From: Octopus bimaculoides
Taxonomy: Eukaryota
Length of the DNA: 53,369 nucleotides
Reading direction: 5' to 3'
Assembly (NCBI RefSeq): GCF_001194135.2
Contig: NC_068982.1
Coordinates: forward strand, 188,822,534-188,875,902
In this document: positions 50,100-53,369 of the stretch, one piece after another
Position numbering within the stretch: the first letter of the stretch is position 1
How the letters are laid out: the number at the start of each line of letters is the position of its first letter
Translations under genes and position numbers: made by a program
Notes under the pieces: generated by a model
What the model was told of the DNA's origin: nothing
The model's input: the letters and a program-made list of their open reading frames with translations, nothing else
Databases searched by the model: none

Positions 50100-50365
50100 T
50101 GTTCTGTTATTTAGCAGCAATGATGTCTTGAGATTTAATGACAACAAGTCTCCTCGAATCTCAAGAATCTTTCTTATAATTCCTACAGAATCGTGAATGG
50201 CACTGCAGGTCAACAGTGCATATCTCAATTCCAATATCCTTCAAATTCTTCAATAGCAGTTTCTGTGCATTGTGCCAAGTGTACCAAAGTACCATGAGAG
50301 CAATTGTCACACTTGTGTTCCACAATCTCTTCATCTCTCTCGCTACGTCCCTAATATTTGCAATA
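50100..50365 (-). mobile_element. R4/Dong-like RLE non-LTR C-terminal relic
   Basis: DVAREMKRLWNTSVTI.LMVL...LKNLKDIGIEI...DLQ...DSVGIIRKILEI with frameshifts; AAT-rich tail. Confidence 0.65.
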
Positions 50366-51531
50366 TCATCATCATCATCGTCATCATCATCAGTAGTAGT
50401 AGTAATAGTAGTAGTAGTAAGGAAGCAGTTCTTCCAGCATTTTACATTCTGAGTTCAAATTCCACTGAGGTCAATCTTGCCTTCCATCTGTTTTTTTTTA
50501 GGGGGGAAGAGGGGGAAGGGGAGGGGAAGGGGTGATAAAAAATACCAGTCAAGTACAGGGTTTGATGTAATCAATTTACAGCCCCTTTAAAATTGCTGGC
50601 CTTGTGCCAAAATTTGAAACAACAACAACAACAACACTAATATTAATAGTTATCATCATCATCATTCTTCTTTCATTTGTTTCAGTCATGTGACTGCGGC
50701 CATGCTGGAGCACCGCCTTTAGTCTAACGAATCGACCCCAGGACTTATCCATTGTAAGCCTAGTACTTATTATATTGATCTTGTTTGCCAAACTGCTAAG
50801 TTATGGGGATGTAAACATACCAACATCGGTTGTCAAGCAATGTTGGAGGGAAAAACACGGACACACAAACATATACATACATATATCTATATATATAACA
50901 TAATAGGGTAAAAATTTGATATTAATTAATATCAATTTGATACCATACATACATACATATACGACGGGCTTCTTTCAGTTTCATTATCATCATCATCATC
51001 GTTTAATGTCCGTTTTCCATGCTGGCATGGGTTGGATGGTTTGACTGAGGACTGGCAAGCTGGGAGGCTGCACCAGGCTCCAATCTAATGTGGCAAGGTT
51101 TCTACAGCTGGATGCCTTTCCTAATGCCAACCACTCTGAGAATGTAGTGGGTGCTTTTTATGTGCCACCGGCACAGGAGCCAGTCAGGCGGCACTGGCAT
51201 CGGCCTTTTTTCCTTTCAGAAGTCAATAAAATAAAGTACCAGTGATGTATTGGGGTCGACAATATTGACTAACACTCCCTCCGCTCAAAATTGCAGGCGT
51301 AGTGTCTGAATTAGAAGCCACTATTTTTGTTGTTTGTTCTAAGACACATTACTAACCAATCATTATTTGATCATTTTAATTAATTAATTATGATAGCTAT
51401 TACTGTTATGTAATTATAATTATCAATAGTGTTAATTAAATATAGAAATAGCTTAGATAAATTATTGTTAATATAATTATGATTTTCTGTCTGTAAACTT
51501 CATCTTTAAAAATAAAACATTTCCCAATATT

Positions 51532-51572
<41 letters not shown>

Positions 51573-52348
51573 GCAGTACTAGAGACTGTAAAAGAGACAG
51601 AAAATGAATGGAGAGAATAATGCTTTTGGGACATGTCTTACGCATTCCGAGACAACTTGCAGCTAAAATGTATCTTTATCATTTAAGGCCTGTTTTCCAT
51701 GCTGGTATGGGTTAGACAGTTTGACAGGAACTGATAAGGTCAGAGAGATGCACCAGGCTCAAATTGTCTGCTTTGGCCTTTCCTGTCACCAACGCTTGCT
51801 TGTTTCCAAGCAAGATTATATTTCCCCCATGGCCAGACATGTTCTCATGGAAGATTGGAAATGAAGGACACTGCTTGCTTGATGCTGACATTCACATACA
51901 ACCATCACCAGAAATCAGGGCAAGGCAATAACAACACACACACAATGGGTTTCTTTCAGTTGTTGTCTACCACCACTCACAAGCCTTTGGTCATTCCAGA
52001 GCTGAAGTAGGAGGCACTTAAGGTGCCACACAGTGACACTGAATGTGCAGCCATGTGGCTGATGCTTTTTACTACATTCCCAGGCTGACCTTGGGAGTGG
52101 ACTTCAAAGACAGAAACTGAAAGAAGCCCATCATATATTTATATGAGTGTGTGTATCTATCTCCTTGTCATGACATTGTGTGATGTGTTGTTGTCATACA
52201 AGCTGTCATTCATTTCCTGTCTTTTGTAAAAACACTGAAATGAGAGTTGGTGACAGGAAGAGCATCCAGGTATTGAAAATCTGCCTCGGTAAGCTCTAAC
52301 CGAAGCTAGTGTGGGAAAGTGGATGTCAAAACAATGATGTATGAGTGT

Positions 52349-52455
<107 letters not shown>

Positions 52456-53369
52456 CTTGTTTACAATGTACAGTCATCTACAAAAGTTTTGAGAAAAGGA
52501 ATGTGTCGTGTTGATGTTGGTTCCTTGCCAATAAATCATCTGATTACTCGACACTTTTAATGTTGCATGGAATAAGACTTAAGGGTTAGTAGCAGGAAGG
52601 GGATCCAGCCGTAAAACAATGCCTCCATAACATGTTTATCTAACCCATGCCAGCATGGAAAAACAGACGTAAGTCCAACTAAAACAAGTTTAGTGGATTA
52701 GCAAAATTGATGGAGCGGACATATGAATTTTGGCATTTGTTCCATCTCTCTAAGTCGTGAGTTCAAATCACATAGGAGCTGATAAGATAAAATATCAATG
52801 ATGATGATGGTGAAGACAGTTAATAATGACAATGATGGTGATGATGATGATTGATGGTGCATATGATGTTGACAAGGATGTTAATTTTCTTCCTGTAGCT
52901 TCATTCTGTTATTGTTTTTCAACTTTTCTATTTCTTGTTTCACTTTCACTTTTGCTTGTTTATCCCCCCCCACTCCTTCCCCTTTGTTCTTATTTATTTA
53001 TTTTATTTTATTTTATGTATTTATTTCAGTGAATAAAAGATTTCATTATGACAATTACACCACATTTCTATCTTGATGCAACAAGAAATTAATGTTGTAT
53101 GGAGGTTTTCAGTTTTTTTTTCTCCTCTTTGTTTTGTTTTATCTTTTTATTTTTTTTCAAGATATGATCTTTATATAAAAGAAACGGAGGAAGAGAAAGA
53201 GGATGATGATGAAAAACAAGGAGTAGTAGTAGTGGTTCTAGTAGTGGTGGTGGTAGTGGTGGCAGTTGTAGTAGTTGTATTTGTAGTAGTAGTAGTAGTG
53301 GTTCTTGTAGAGGTGGTGGTGGTGGCAGTTGTAGTTGCTTTAGTAGTAGTGGTGGTTCTAGTAGAGGTG

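Noticed and set aside
51640-51680. Possible RGS start exon (MIKIHFSCKLSRN|gtaaga)
   Set aside because: Ends in phase 2 whereas phase 0 is needed; no family similarity.

Overview
AT-rich, repeat-saturated animal genomic DNA with several assembly gaps. The SINE/RTE repertoire and microsatellite load look like an Octopus genome (inference). The only host gene I can support is on the minus strand: three exons (47406-47502, 33718-33878, 21240-21291) with canonical AG/GT borders and compatible phases. They join into the DEP/DHEX N-terminus of an R7-family regulator of G-protein signalling (RGS6/7/9/11, EGL-10/EAT-16 type). I did not find the start exon or any downstream exon. Nearly everything else is intron, filled with tRNA-derived SINEs, RTE LINE 3' ends with (GAT)n tails, Penelope-like elements (PLEs), HERO- and R4/Dong-like relics, Tc1/mariner remnants, piggyBac/hAT/Tigger-type MITEs and microsatellites. 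The most interesting layer is a set of at least six minimal type-I hammerhead ribozyme motifs from about four PLE-associated families. They use palindromic helix III sequences (ACGT, ACATGT, probably ACAGCTGT) of the kind known to cleave as dimers, and one copy (28465-28506) has all core nucleotides. The motif class is known; whether these copies are active is untested. All calls were made by eye, and repeat boundaries are approximate unless a TSD is cited.
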